From Thermoproteota archaeon (GTDB taxonomy: Archaea; Thermoproteota; EX4484-205; JAAOZO01), in assembly GCA_041479945.1 (NCBI GenBank), contig JBGOYZ010000001.1, positions 563-64,562 on the forward strand: a stretch of 64,000 bases of DNA, written 5' to 3'. Both the position numbers and the translations under genes were made by a program. Positions within the stretch are counted from its first letter, which is position 1. The number at the start of each line of letters is the position of its first letter. Positions 46,743 to 57,209 of this stretch are shown here, one piece after another. The notes beneath the pieces were generated by a model, which saw only the letters and a program-made list of their open reading frames with translations, had not been told where the DNA came from and did not search any database.

Positions 46743-47297
46743 TTGTCAGAAGCAGAAATCATAGCCGAGCTTGTCAATGACCGCTTGGTTGTGTGGGACA
46801 TAGGAGCCTCCCGCAAGCTGTACAAGATGGGATACTTCGGAAAGCCGATAGGTGTTCCGAAACCGAAGGATTTCGAGTTCGATGCGCCACTCACACTGGA
46901 TCTTATCGAGGGACTCTACCTAGCGAGGAGAGAACTGATCAGGGTCGTCAAAGGGAACAAGCGAATAGGCCCGGCCGCTCTGGAGCGAGTGGCACGTCGG
47001 TATCACGAGCGGTTCGACCTGAAGTACAGGGTCTATGAGAACTTGAGGGGTAAGAACCTTGTGGTAGGTCCCGGGATCAAGTTCGGTTGCGATTTTGCAG
47101 TTTACGAACACGGCCCAGGAATCGATCATGCACCATTCCTGATCGAGGTCAAAGAGGCGGGTGACCAAGTGACAGCGGCTGACCTAGTGAGGGCCGGGAG
47201 ACTCGCCACCACAGTCAAGAAGAGATTCGTATTCTCCGTGGTCGACAAGAGGACATCTTCCATACACTACTTGGTAAGCAAGTGGTGGAAGGCCTAG
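46743..47297 (+). CDS. endA: tRNA-splicing endonuclease catalytic subunit EndA
   Basis: YLARRELIRVV, GPGIKFGCDFAVYEHG, HAPFLIEVK catalytic Tyr/His/Lys block. At 184 aa it is the short catalytic-subunit type. Confidence 0.85.
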   Translation: MSEAEIIAELVNDRLVVWDIGASRKLYKMGYFGKPIGVPKPKDFEFDAPLTLDLIEGLYLARRELIRVVKGNKRIGPAALERVARRYHERFDLKYRVYENLRGKNLVVGPGIKFGCDFAVYEHGPGIDHAPFLIEVKEAGDQVTAADLVRAGRLATTVKKRFVFSVVDKRTSSIHYLVSKWWKA

Positions 47298-47345
47298 GAT
47301 AACGTCACTCTTATCAAGTACGGTTCGACATTCGATCACCGACCA

Positions 47346-48314
47346 TTGGAGATCAAGAAGGTGGGGGTGGTAACCTCGGGTGGAGACGCCTCTGGGATGA
47401 ACGCAACGATAAGGTCGGTAGTCAGATGTGCGATAGACCAAGGGCTTGACCCCGTGGGAATAGAGCGAGGGTATTCCGGTCTGATCCTCAATCAGGTGAT
47501 CCCCATGAACAGGCGTTCCGTTTCAGGCATCATAAACCAAGGTGGGACAATACTGAAAACTACACGGTGTGAGGAAATCAAGACGAAGGAAGGGCTTGAA
47601 GGAGTCGCGAGAACTCTGGAATCCAACGCCATCGACGCTCTCGTCGTAATAGGCGGAGACGGGTCATTCCGCGGCGCTCAGGACATAAGGAAGACATCGG
47701 GGAGGCCGGTGGTGGGAATCCCTGCTTCCATAGATAACGACGTGTGGGGCGCCGACGAGACTGTGGGATTCGACTCGGCGGTCAACGTAGCAGTCCGATC
47801 TACGGACAATCTACGGGACACTGCTTACTCACATGACCGGACGTTCCTGGTCGAAGTGATGGGAAGGGTCCGGGGATTCATCGCGCTTGAGGTGGGTCTG
47901 TGCACTGGCGCGGAGTACACCCTGATGCCCGAGGTAAGAGAGGATCTGAACAAGATAGCTCAGGATCTTCGTGAATCGGGACACAGGGGCAAGAAGTGCA
48001 TAATCATCATAGTGGCCGAAGGATATGGGGACTCACGGGAAATAGCCTCCTATCTATCCCAAGAAAGCGGAATCGAGACTAGGCTGTCAGTGTTAGGCTA
48101 CATCCAGCGGGGAGGCTCACCGACGGCACGTTCTAGGAGGCTGGCCGCTACCTTCGGTGCAAGCGCGATTGAGGCGCTTCTCCAAGGAGAGGAGGCCTCC
48201 ATCGTGGGTCTGCAGGGAAACGAGATCAAGATTGTCCAGTTAAGCGAAACGGTCAGTCGCCGCAAAGAGATAGATCTCGAATTGTACAGGCTATCTAGGA
48301 ACATATCACAGTGA
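47346..48314 (+). CDS. pfk: PFK-A family 6-phosphofructokinase (ATP- or PPi-dependent)
   Basis: VGVVTSGGDASGMNATIR, VVIGGDGSFRGA, and MGR motifs of the PFK-A family. Confidence 0.8.
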   Translation: MEIKKVGVVTSGGDASGMNATIRSVVRCAIDQGLDPVGIERGYSGLILNQVIPMNRRSVSGIINQGGTILKTTRCEEIKTKEGLEGVARTLESNAIDALVVIGGDGSFRGAQDIRKTSGRPVVGIPASIDNDVWGADETVGFDSAVNVAVRSTDNLRDTAYSHDRTFLVEVMGRVRGFIALEVGLCTGAEYTLMPEVREDLNKIAQDLRESGHRGKKCIIIIVAEGYGDSREIASYLSQESGIETRLSVLGYIQRGGSPTARSRRLAATFGASAIEALLQGEEASIVGLQGNEIKIVQLSETVSRRKEIDLELYRLSRNISQ

Positions 48315-48335
48315 CCCCCCCCATCTAGCGCTGTT

Positions 48336-48731
48336 CTACACAACCTTCTTGGGTGTGCACACGATTGACAGCACGACGAGGAGAATAGAGAACACCGTTC
48401 CTGTAACAATCGATATCATGTCCGCAATCTGGACTTGAGTAGATGGCAGCATTATCAGGTAGTAGTTCACTGTTAGAAAGTATGAAAGCAGGGTAATCCC
48501 TATCACCAAGTTTGCTCCCTTCGCCTCTTTGACTCCTCGGTTGTACCCCAAGGCGGCGACGGGCAGAATCGCAGCCGTCACGAACAGGACGGGATGAACC
48601 ACTCCCCGCCAGAAGACTAGGAACGAGAGGATGACAGAGAGGAGTATATCCATTATGATGATGACCCACGTGTAGATCCTTGACATGCCCTCAACCATTG
48701 AGGCGTCTACCCCGCTGACGATCCTTCTCAT
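48336..48731 (-). CDS. Hypothetical membrane protein
   Basis: 131 aa, four hydrophobic segments. Confidence 0.35.
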   Translation of the reverse strand: MRRIVSGVDASMVEGMSRIYTWVIIIMDILLSVILSFLVFWRGVVHPVLFVTAAILPVAALGYNRGVKEAKGANLVIGITLLSYFLTVNYYLIMLPSTQVQIADMISIVTGTVFSILLVVLSIVCTPKKVV

Positions 48732-48758
48732 TCATGTTTATAAAATCTACACCGTTGG

Positions 48759-49655
48759 TTGACCGACTTGAGAGAACAACCAGACAACAGGTTTCTCCAT
48801 GTCCGGCCTTCAATCTCGTTCCTGGACAGCGAAACCGGTTTCAGTGATGCGAAGTTTGTGGTAGTTGGGGCGCCGCTCGACGTGACTGGCACATTCAGGA
48901 CAGGCTACCGGTACGCCCCCTTGGCAATAAGAGCTGCATCTGCCCAGATTGAGACGTACAGTCGCCGGTATTCATTTGATGCTGAAAGCGCTACGGTTCA
49001 CGATCTTGGGGACATTACAGTCGGCTTCGATGTTCCCAGTGCTGTTCGGTTCATTGAAGAGACGGTGGCTCAGATTCGCTCCAGTCAGAAGATGCCAATC
49101 ATCTTGGGTGGTGAACACACGGTGACGCTCGGAGGTTTCTTGGGCTCTGGTGCTGACAGGCTGGTCGTATTTGATGCGCATATGGATCTCAGAGAGGAAT
49201 ACCAAGGTGTGACCTTGTCGCATGCCACTTGGCTGAGGAGGCTAAGCGAGAGGATATCCCCGAGCCGAATCCTCATTGTGGGGGCTCGTGCCACTTCACA
49301 CGACGAGCTTGCGTCAATACCCCCTGGGATAAACATCATACACTCAGATGATCTGCAGAGCAAGGAGAACGAATTCGTGGATTGGGTTGAGAACGCAAGA
49401 AACTGTTATATGTCGTTGGATCTTGACTACTTTGATCCCGCCTATGCCCCTGGAGTCGGAAACCCAGAGCCCGGGGGTTCCTCTCCTAATGATTTCTTCC
49501 GCCTCCTATCTCGCCTGAGGAAGCCTAGGATAGTCGGGCTGGATGTCTGTGAGGCTATCCCTAGTTTGGATCCATCGGGTATTACATCAGTTCTTGCGAC
49601 GAAGGTAGTCATCGAGCTGTTGTCTCTGATATCTGTCAAAGATCTCGCTGAGTGA
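48759..49655 (+). CDS. speB: Agmatinase/arginase-family ureohydrolase
   Basis: Mn-binding motifs GGEHTVT, DAHMDL, SLDLDYFDPAYAPGVGNPEPGG. Confidence 0.8.
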   Translation: MTDLREQPDNRFLHVRPSISFLDSETGFSDAKFVVVGAPLDVTGTFRTGYRYAPLAIRAASAQIETYSRRYSFDAESATVHDLGDITVGFDVPSAVRFIEETVAQIRSSQKMPIILGGEHTVTLGGFLGSGADRLVVFDAHMDLREEYQGVTLSHATWLRRLSERISPSRILIVGARATSHDELASIPPGINIIHSDDLQSKENEFVDWVENARNCYMSLDLDYFDPAYAPGVGNPEPGGSSPNDFFRLLSRLRKPRIVGLDVCEAIPSLDPSGITSVLATKVVIELLSLISVKDLAE

Positions 49656-50585
49656 CACTGCCCGATTAGATTGACTGGAAGTCAACGCGGCCTCCGCTAG
49701 AACTAGGTTGGCGATCGCATCCTCGCAGCCGGGTGACGGGACGCTCCTGTTCGAAATCGCCTCAAGGAAACTTCTCAACTCAAAGAGCAGCGGCTCTTTC
49801 CACAACACTGCTTTGGTGAAGGACCCCTTTTCGTCCTTCACAGTCACTTCCTGTGTTATCAAGTCCGCCTCGACATAGCCGGTCATTCCGGTCACCGCTA
49901 GCCTTCTACTCTTGGACGGCGTTATCCAGTTCGCCTCAAGAACAGCCCTATGCCGTTGGAAGTTCAGCAGAATAGTTGCGTGGTCTTCCCTTGGCCTTCC
50001 CATCAATGATCCGGCAAGGGCATAGACGGAACTTGGCATCTCCTCCGAAAGATAGCGGACTATGTCTATGTCATGTATGGCCGTATCCTTTATCACCCCG
50101 AGGTCTATTGGCCTATCCGGCCACTGTCTTATCCTAGATGTTGCCATGATGATAGGGGCTCCGATTCTGCCGTCCTGCAGGTAGCTTCTCACTTGGGTCA
50201 CAGCCTGGTTGAACCTTTCAATGAACCCCGCCATCAGCTTCGCATCCTCTCGCTCCATGATCTGGGCAAGCTCAAGTGCTTCTGATACATCAGTCACAAC
50301 CGGCTTCTCCACGAACAAGTATTGAACTCCCTTGACTATCAGTTGTTTGGCTATGTCGAAATGAGTTGTAGTGGGTGTGGATACGACCGCTCCATCAACT
50401 CCACCAAAGTCGAAGTCCTTGGGGGTGGAACTCCATGGGACTCTGTACAGATCGGAGAACGCCTTTGCTGCGGTCTCGTTTATATCTATAACACCAGCAA
50501 GTGCACCCAATTCACTGAGCACCCTTACATGATTCTTGCCGAACGACCCTGTTCCTACTACAACCACCCTTGGCGAGCTAGCCAT
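49587..50585 (-). CDS. Gfo/Idh/MocA-family NAD(P)-dependent oxidoreductase
   Basis: N-terminal Rossmann VVVGTGSFGKNHVRV and the GFIERFN region typical of the family. Confidence 0.7.
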   Translation of the reverse strand: MASSPRVVVVGTGSFGKNHVRVLSELGALAGVIDINETAAKAFSDLYRVPWSSTPKDFDFGGVDGAVVSTPTTTHFDIAKQLIVKGVQYLFVEKPVVTDVSEALELAQIMEREDAKLMAGFIERFNQAVTQVRSYLQDGRIGAPIIMATSRIRQWPDRPIDLGVIKDTAIHDIDIVRYLSEEMPSSVYALAGSLMGRPREDHATILLNFQRHRAVLEANWITPSKSRRLAVTGMTGYVEADLITQEVTVKDEKGSFTKAVLWKEPLLFELRSFLEAISNRSVPSPGCEDAIANLVLAEAALTSSQSNRAVSLSEIFDRYQRQQLDDYLRRKN

Positions 50586-50592
50586 TGAGCCC

Positions 50593-53085
50593 TCACATGA
50601 AGTCTACCAGTTTTGAACTTTTCCCTTTGCTCGATATGTCTATGCCCAGCGGTTCTAGGAATTGGTCACACGTGGTCTCGAATATCTGAAGGTACTTGTC
50701 CACGTCTATCTCTTCAGGGGATACGGTCTGAGTGGGTTTCACGCCCAATCTCCCCTTGACCTTCACGTATGAGATGACGCTCCCGGCTCCGGGCGTCGTG
50801 CCGTCCCTTGATGTCATAATTGCCGCCTTGATGTGCTGTGGAAGCGTGTCCTTGTAGTCCTCGATGTCCTTGCTCATCATGACGTTGAAGGACAGGCTGG
50901 ACACTGGGACTTCGCGTCTCTTCAACTTGTCAATGCTGTCCTTCAAGATCTGGCCGACCTTCTCTTTTGCCTGTTCGAATTGGGTCTCGTCTTTGACACC
51001 ACTCAATATCGCGATGGTTCCGTTGAAAACCTCCTTCACGAAGGCCGGGGTTGAGCTCTTTTTCCCCATGAGACCCTTCACGTCCACTATTCCATCCTCC
51101 GTCACCCCGAAGTAGTTCTTCTTCCGTGTGCTGAACACAACGTACCTGTATTTCTTGTCGAAGTTGAGCTGGATGCCGAAGTCCTCCGAAGCCTTCCGGG
51201 ATATCGCCTCTATCTCCTCTTCTGACGGTCGCTCGAGGAATGCTGAGTCGGTGTCTCCGTATATCACGTTAGTCCCTCTTTTCTGCGCCTCCGAAATGAC
51301 CTCAGTCAGTATCTTCCTTCCTAGGGCGGTCACGCTTTCGGCCACCGGAGGAGTGTAGAACTGGAAACTCTCCGCTCCCATTACACCGTAGCTGGCGTTA
51401 AGGAAGACTTTGAGAGCTCTCTGTATGACCTCATACCTTTTCGCAGTCAGTTGCGAGGTGGCCTCTTTGGAGAGAGGAATGTAGAGCTTCACCCTGAGAT
51501 CTCTAAGCGTGCCGATCACTGAGCTAGTTATCCCCTTCACCTTCGTGCAGACCCAGTGGGGAAGGTCCGCCACCTTATTGTCCCTACATTCGGGATGGGG
51601 GCATCTGACGGTTTCGTACGAGAGGTTGTACCTTGCTATCACGCTCGGGTACAGTGACGCAAAGTCCATGACGACGACATTGAAATGAGCCCCAGGAGTC
51701 GGCTGCAGCACTATCGCCCCCTTGTACTTCTTGCCCTTGATGATGGCCGTGGTCACCGTCCCCCCCTTAAGCTTCAGTATGTCCGCTTGGTTTGGAATCA
51801 ACATCCCCCTCTCTCTATGGAGGGCTATGAAGAGACTTCGGATCCATGAAGATACCGCTCTCCTGACTATCTCTTCCATCGGTGCTCTACTTATTCTCAT
51901 CAGCATCACGATGAGGTTCATGACAATCGCCCCGTTGTACGTGGTCAGTTCCAAAGTGATCGCGGCATCGTTTCTGCAGTAGAGCCATAGTTCCTCGTAT
52001 GACAACTCTCCAAATGGCTTCGTCAATGGGAGCTTGCCCTTTCCAATGAGCGCGTTGCTGATGGCATCCAGCGTCGCCTCTTTGTACGCGTTGCTGAACG
52101 CATAGATCTGGATGGATCTGTTGTAGAAGAACCTGTAGAGGTCTACATGGACTCCCACCTTCATGTCCACATTGTCCCTACCCGCCCTCAGGGGGATATC
52201 GCCGTCTGGAACCCCTAACGCTCTCGCTCTGCCTCGGAGATATGGCAGGTCAAAGTTGTCTCCGTTGAACGTTATGACCAAGGGGTATTGGTTGAGGAGT
52301 TTGAAGGTGGCCATAAGCATCTCTTTCTCGTTATCGAAGAATCTCACCTTCGGCTCCGTCAGCAATTCCTTCGGGATCTGGCGCTTTGGTGAGGCTAGCA
52401 GAAAGGTAAGGTCCATTCCTTCATCGTCCATCATGGCTATGGCCACAATAGATTCCCTAGGTTCGTTCGCATCCGGCAACCTGTTGGGTTCGCTCGGTAG
52501 AACCTCAATGTCCAAGGCGACCCTCCGAAAGTTGGATACTGGTTGCTCCAAGAGGATGGCGGTCTTCTCGAGCATCTCTCTATCGAGGGGTGCAGTCGAG
52601 TTCAAAATCCCCTGCAGTCTTGTCAAGACGTCAGGCTTGAGATCGGACACAGAGAGCTTGAGGTTCCCGTCTTCTATGTCGTAGTACTGCCCCGGTCTGA
52701 GGCCAAGGTCATAGATGTAGTTCAAGACATAGGCTATGTCTGCCTCCCACGTGTCCCTCAGCACGGATCTGACCGTCCCACTGGGTTTTCCCCCTATGCT
52801 GAGCGGGTCTGCGGCGACGATCTTCGTCATCACGACCTCCTTCTGCGAAAGGGCATTGAACTTCCTCACTTGATCGAATCCAACTATGCCAGGAAGCGAG
52901 ACCAGCTCCCTGTTGGACTTGAGTTGTTCCTCGGTCAGCGTACTCAGGCAGTAGGGCTTGTGGTCGGTCGGATCTTCTACCGGGAACACGTTCTTGCCGT
53001 CTTCGGTCAGGAACTTCATTATGGCTTTCCTGAGTTGTCCGTCGTAGGTGACCGACAGAAGGAAGCCGCGCCTTTTTCCTCCCAA
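50593..53085 (-). CDS. polB: Family B DNA polymerase
   Basis: 830 aa. Exonuclease motifs, polymerase motif A (DFASLYPS), motif C (YGDTDS). Confidence 0.9.
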   Translation of the reverse strand: MGGKRRGFLLSVTYDGQLRKAIMKFLTEDGKNVFPVEDPTDHKPYCLSTLTEEQLKSNRELVSLPGIVGFDQVRKFNALSQKEVVMTKIVAADPLSIGGKPSGTVRSVLRDTWEADIAYVLNYIYDLGLRPGQYYDIEDGNLKLSVSDLKPDVLTRLQGILNSTAPLDREMLEKTAILLEQPVSNFRRVALDIEVLPSEPNRLPDANEPRESIVAIAMMDDEGMDLTFLLASPKRQIPKELLTEPKVRFFDNEKEMLMATFKLLNQYPLVITFNGDNFDLPYLRGRARALGVPDGDIPLRAGRDNVDMKVGVHVDLYRFFYNRSIQIYAFSNAYKEATLDAISNALIGKGKLPLTKPFGELSYEELWLYCRNDAAITLELTTYNGAIVMNLIVMLMRISRAPMEEIVRRAVSSWIRSLFIALHRERGMLIPNQADILKLKGGTVTTAIIKGKKYKGAIVLQPTPGAHFNVVVMDFASLYPSVIARYNLSYETVRCPHPECRDNKVADLPHWVCTKVKGITSSVIGTLRDLRVKLYIPLSKEATSQLTAKRYEVIQRALKVFLNASYGVMGAESFQFYTPPVAESVTALGRKILTEVISEAQKRGTNVIYGDTDSAFLERPSEEEIEAISRKASEDFGIQLNFDKKYRYVVFSTRKKNYFGVTEDGIVDVKGLMGKKSSTPAFVKEVFNGTIAILSGVKDETQFEQAKEKVGQILKDSIDKLKRREVPVSSLSFNVMMSKDIEDYKDTLPQHIKAAIMTSRDGTTPGAGSVISYVKVKGRLGVKPTQTVSPEEIDVDKYLQIFETTCDQFLEPLGIDISSKGKSSKLVDFM

Positions 53086-53152
53086 AATCCCAAACCCTTC
53101 ATGTTCGTTCCCATCACAGTTTTAAGTCTATTGACACTCAATTGGGCCAAGC

Positions 53153-53476
53153 GTGAAAAGAACTCGCCGAAGGTACTTGCTGATAGAATATGACGTGTCC
53201 CTGTATACCTTAGATCGTCTTCGGGAACTCATGTTACGAGTCGCAGAAGAACTCTCGCGTGAGAATCCTCACTTCAAACACACTTTCTTCGTTCTCAGGC
53301 CAGGATTGGCGATCCTCTCAATGCCCCACAAACACGTTTCCCAAGCCAAGGGGAGGATCTCATCTTTGAGCCCGGGTCTTGAGGTGATACTGACTTCTGG
53401 GACTCTGGAGGGGATCAGGAGAAAAGCAGGAGCAAGGAGCTCCCAAAAAGGTTTATCAGAACCTTATCACAGTTGA
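53153..53476 (+). CDS. RNase P protein subunit Pop5 (Rpp14)-like
   Basis: 107 aa: RRRYLLIEYDV... resembles Pop5 and sits at the head of the conserved exosome/proteasome superoperon. Confidence 0.5.
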   Translation: MKRTRRRYLLIEYDVSLYTLDRLRELMLRVAEELSRENPHFKHTFFVLRPGLAILSMPHKHVSQAKGRISSLSPGLEVILTSGTLEGIRRKAGARSSQKGLSEPYHS

Positions 53477-53492
53477 ATTCTAGGTGTAAACG

Positions 53493-54236
53493 TTGTTGCC
53501 TGGGATGGGCTATGATAGAGGAATTACCGTCTTCTCCCCTGATGGGCGTCTTTGGCAAGTGGACTACGCCATGATCATGGTGAACAACAGCCCCACGGCG
53601 TTGGGTGCCAGCTCCAGCAATGGTGTTGTCTTAGCCGGCATAGAGAAGAAGACCGACGCTCTGCAGGATAGGAGCTTCAGCCACAAGCTGTTCATCATTG
53701 ATGAGCACGTGGCGGCGACTGTCACCGGATTCACCTCTGACGCTAGGATCCTAATCGACATAGCTCGCCAGGAATCACAGACGAACAGGCTGCTCTACGA
53801 CGAGCCAATAGACATGAACTACCTTGCCAGAAGGCTCGGAGACATAATGCAGAACTACACACAGAATGCTGGGGTTCGTCCCTTTGGAGTTTCACTGATC
53901 ATCGGTGGTGTTGACCTGTTGGGTCCTTCGGTGCATCAACTGGATCCGAGCGGAATCTACAACAAGTACTTCCTCACTGCATCGGGAGTGAACAGAAACG
54001 AAGCCTTAGAGGCCACCAAGGCTATCTACAACAAGTCGGCGTCGCTGGATGTCCTCAAAGAGCTGGTGATGATAGGAATGATCGCGAGCAACAAGGCAGA
54101 AGCTTTGTCTGAAGTAGTCAGGATGACGTACATAGATGCTGGGGAGAAGAAGGTCACTCTTGCCAAGGACGAGGAAATCTCTGAGATATTCGAGAGAGCC
54201 TCCAAGAAACAGCCGCCCAAGGTTTCAGAGAAGTAG
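53493..54236 (+). CDS. psmA: Proteasome alpha subunit
   Basis: GYDRGITVFSPDGRLWQVDYA N-terminal alpha-subunit signature. Confidence 0.9.
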   Translation: MLPGMGYDRGITVFSPDGRLWQVDYAMIMVNNSPTALGASSSNGVVLAGIEKKTDALQDRSFSHKLFIIDEHVAATVTGFTSDARILIDIARQESQTNRLLYDEPIDMNYLARRLGDIMQNYTQNAGVRPFGVSLIIGGVDLLGPSVHQLDPSGIYNKYFLTASGVNRNEALEATKAIYNKSASLDVLKELVMIGMIASNKAEALSEVVRMTYIDAGEKKVTLAKDEEISEIFERASKKQPPKVSEK

Positions 54237-54245
54237 GTAGTCCAG

Positions 54246-54932
54246 ATGTCCGAGAAAGTCTCCTTGGCTCGGTTCGATGTGAGAGGCAATCATTTCGAAG
54301 TATTGGTCGACTCTGAGCGGGCCTTGGACTACAAGCTCAAGAGAACTCCTTGGAGCGACAAGATACTCAAGTTCGAAGACGTCTTCAGGGACTACAAGAA
54401 GGGGGAGCGCGCATCAAGAGACGCATTGCTCAAAGCGTTCTCGACCGATGACTCCCGCAAGATATGCAAAGTGATCATCGACGAAGGAGAACTCCAAGTA
54501 CCATCACATATGCGCAGGAAGCTACTGGAGGAGAAAAGGAAGGCGATAATGGCATTGATATCAAGGGTTTCTATAGATCCCCAGACAAACACCCCGATCC
54601 CTCTCCTGAGGGTCGAACAGGCGTTTGACAAGATCTCCATTCCGGTCGACCCATCCAAGGAACCAATCGATCAGCTGAAACCGATCATCAAGGAAATGAA
54701 GAGAATACTCTCCATAAAGGTCAAAGAGGCCGAAATCGAGGTAGAGTTCCCCCCAGACCTAATAGCCCATGTAAGGGGGTATCTTGAGTCCGTCGGCGAG
54801 ATGGTCCTTCAGCCGCGCAAGAAAGGCGATTTCCTAACGATGACGGTGAAGGTTCCGGAGGCGACGAGGACAGACATAGTACAGAAGGTAGCAAAGAGGT
54901 TCGGTGAAAAGGTTAAAGTAACGTTAGTCTAG
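54246..54932 (+). CDS. sdo1: SBDS-family ribosome maturation protein
   Basis: KVSLARFDVRGNHFEVLVD N-terminal FYSH domain pattern. 228 aa. Confidence 0.85.
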   Translation: MSEKVSLARFDVRGNHFEVLVDSERALDYKLKRTPWSDKILKFEDVFRDYKKGERASRDALLKAFSTDDSRKICKVIIDEGELQVPSHMRRKLLEEKRKAIMALISRVSIDPQTNTPIPLLRVEQAFDKISIPVDPSKEPIDQLKPIIKEMKRILSIKVKEAEIEVEFPPDLIAHVRGYLESVGEMVLQPRKKGDFLTMTVKVPEATRTDIVQKVAKRFGEKVKVTLV

Positions 54933-54957
54933 TCGGTTTGCGAGGTAAGGAAACAGA

Positions 54958-55650
54958 TTGGAAGAGGAACCAAGAGGCCCTGTCGTAGTAGTGCCTGGCG
55001 AGGTTATCGGCACAGGCGACAACAGGGCTGGAGAAAACACGGTGAAAGTTCAGGGGTCGATAGTAGCCACTAGAGTGGGAATCCGAAGAGGTGGGCCAGA
55101 AGGTGTGAGCGTGATACCCTTGAAGGGCTTCTATGTCCCAAGAGTAGGAGACCTAGTGGTCGGGATAGTGTGTGATGTCTCATACAACATGTGGAAGGTC
55201 GACATAAACTCCCCCTACTTTGGAATCCTTCCAGCCACGGATGTCTTCGGCAGGAGGTTTGACCCCACAATGGATGATCCCCTGAAGGAGTTCGACATAG
55301 GCACAGTGTTAAAGGTCAAGATAGTGGCATTCGACAGAAGCCAAGATCCCCTTCTCACGATCAGAGATCAGGACTTGGGAAAGGCTGACTTCGGGTTTTT
55401 GGCCAGAGTCAACCCCTCCAAGATCGCCAGGGTAATAGGGCGAGGTGGGTCGATGCTATCCAAAATTCAACAGGCCTCCAACTCCAAAGTCATAGTGGGA
55501 CAGAACGGCACTGTCATACTGACGACAAGTGATCCGGCCATGCGGGATAAGCTAATCAGGGCCCTCAAGCTGATAGAGGAGGAGGCTCACGTATACGGCC
55601 TGACTGAGAAGGTTGTGGAACTCATTTCCGGTAAGGTGGAAGGACAATGA
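54958..55650 (+). CDS. rrp4: Exosome RNA-binding subunit Rrp4
   Basis: N-terminal domain, S1 domain (PRVGDLVVGIV) and C-terminal KH (VIGRGGSMLSKI). Confidence 0.85.
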   Translation: MEEEPRGPVVVVPGEVIGTGDNRAGENTVKVQGSIVATRVGIRRGGPEGVSVIPLKGFYVPRVGDLVVGIVCDVSYNMWKVDINSPYFGILPATDVFGRRFDPTMDDPLKEFDIGTVLKVKIVAFDRSQDPLLTIRDQDLGKADFGFLARVNPSKIARVIGRGGSMLSKIQQASNSKVIVGQNGTVILTTSDPAMRDKLIRALKLIEEEAHVYGLTEKVVELISGKVEGQ

Positions 55651-56393
55651 CCGAAGAGAAGACAAAGCTGATCGACGAGAGGGGGCTAAGAACTGATGGA
55701 CGCAAGCCAGATGAACTCCGGCCCATCAAGATAGAACTCGGCTACCTCAAGCACGCGGACGGTTCTGTCCTCTACGAGCAGGGCAAATGCAAGATACTGG
55801 TCGCAGTCTTCGGGCCTTCAGAGGTCCATCCGAAGCACATTGAGCTTCCGGATCGGGCGATCCTGAAGGTCAGATATCACATGGCTCCCTTCTCAGTTGA
55901 TGATAGAAAATCGCCGGCGCCATCAAGAAGGGAGATAGAACTCTCGATGGTTGTAAGAAATGCACTGGAACCAATAGTGATCACGGAACTCTTCCCCCGG
56001 ACTGTCGTCGAGATTTTCATCGAAGTTCTGCAGGCCGATGGAGGTACACGCGTTGCTGGACTGACTGCCGCCGCCTTGGCCTTGGCCGATGCGGGGATAC
56101 CCCTGAGAGGACTCGTTGCCGGGTGTGCGGTCGGCAAAGTCGACGGAACCATGGTTCTTGACTTGAACGATATCGAGGACAAAGAGGGAGACGCTGACAT
56201 GCCCGTCGCCTACATTCCTACTATGAACAAGGTTTCACTGCTACAGATGGATGGTTTGATGACGAGGGATGAGTTTAGGCAGGGACTCTCGATGGCAATA
56301 AACGGGAGCATGAGACTATACGCGCTACAGGTCGCTGCCTTGAAGTCGAAATACAATCAACCTGAGAACCAGGAGAAGGAGGAGACACAGTGA
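55647..56393 (+). CDS. rrp41: Exosome catalytic subunit Rrp41 (RNase PH-like)
   Basis: RTDGRKPDELRPI and GSVLYEQGKCKILVAV motifs of the RNase PH family. Overlaps rrp4 by 4 nt. Confidence 0.9.
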   Translation: MTEEKTKLIDERGLRTDGRKPDELRPIKIELGYLKHADGSVLYEQGKCKILVAVFGPSEVHPKHIELPDRAILKVRYHMAPFSVDDRKSPAPSRREIELSMVVRNALEPIVITELFPRTVVEIFIEVLQADGGTRVAGLTAAALALADAGIPLRGLVAGCAVGKVDGTMVLDLNDIEDKEGDADMPVAYIPTMNKVSLLQMDGLMTRDEFRQGLSMAINGSMRLYALQVAALKSKYNQPENQEKEETQ

Positions 56394-57208
56394 TGTCAGT
56401 CACAAGGGATCGCCCAGTGATATCGAAGGTTCTACACCAAGAGCTCATGGATCTGCTTGCACGAGACAAGAGAATGGACGGCAGAGCTCTCCACGAGTTC
56501 AGGAAAATCGAAGTTGAAACCGGCTTGCTGAAGAAGGCAGAAGGCTCTGCGCTAGTATCCGTGGGCGGTACAAAGGTGCTGGTCGGGATAAAGGTAGGGA
56601 TTGGATCTCCTTTTCCTGACACTCCGAACCAAGGAGTCCTCACAGTGAACGCCGAACTGCTACCGTTAGCATCGCCCACGTTCGAGGCTGGTCCACCTGA
56701 CGAGAGGAGTATTGCGCTGGCCAGGTACGTCGACAGGAGCATCAGAGAATCAAAGGCGATAGATCTGGAAGCGTTGGCCCTCCAACCTAGGAAGATAGTT
56801 CAGGTGGTATACATCGATGTCTACGTTCTAGACTACAGCGGGAACATGACGGACACGGCGGTGCTCGCTGCCGTCAAGGCCCTCGAGAACACTAATCTGA
56901 AGAGGTACACTCTCGAAGGAGATGTTCCGACCTTCAGCGGAGAGTTCGTCCCGTTGGCGTTGAAGGATTACCCGGTTTCTACGACCTTCGGCATCATTGG
57001 GGAGAAATCCTTCCTAGACCCCGACCTAGAGGAAGAACACGCTGCAGAGGGGTTCATATCGTACACCTACACACAAGAGGGCAACCTATGTGCGGTCATG
57101 AAGAACGACCAAGGGTATCTCTCACACTCCCAGATATTCGACATGCTTGACATAGGTTGGGAGAAGGCCCAAGAAATAGGCAGAGCCATGAACTGGAGGA
57201 AGGACTAG
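56390..57208 (+). CDS. rrp42: Exosome subunit Rrp42
   Basis: RNase PH-like, MDGRALHEFRKIEVE...GSALVSVGGTKVLV. Overlaps rrp41 by 4 nt. Confidence 0.85.
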   Translation: MMSVTRDRPVISKVLHQELMDLLARDKRMDGRALHEFRKIEVETGLLKKAEGSALVSVGGTKVLVGIKVGIGSPFPDTPNQGVLTVNAELLPLASPTFEAGPPDERSIALARYVDRSIRESKAIDLEALALQPRKIVQVVYIDVYVLDYSGNMTDTAVLAAVKALENTNLKRYTLEGDVPTFSGEFVPLALKDYPVSTTFGIIGEKSFLDPDLEEEHAAEGFISYTYTQEGNLCAVMKNDQGYLSHSQIFDMLDIGWEKAQEIGRAMNWRKD

Positions 57209-57209
57209 G

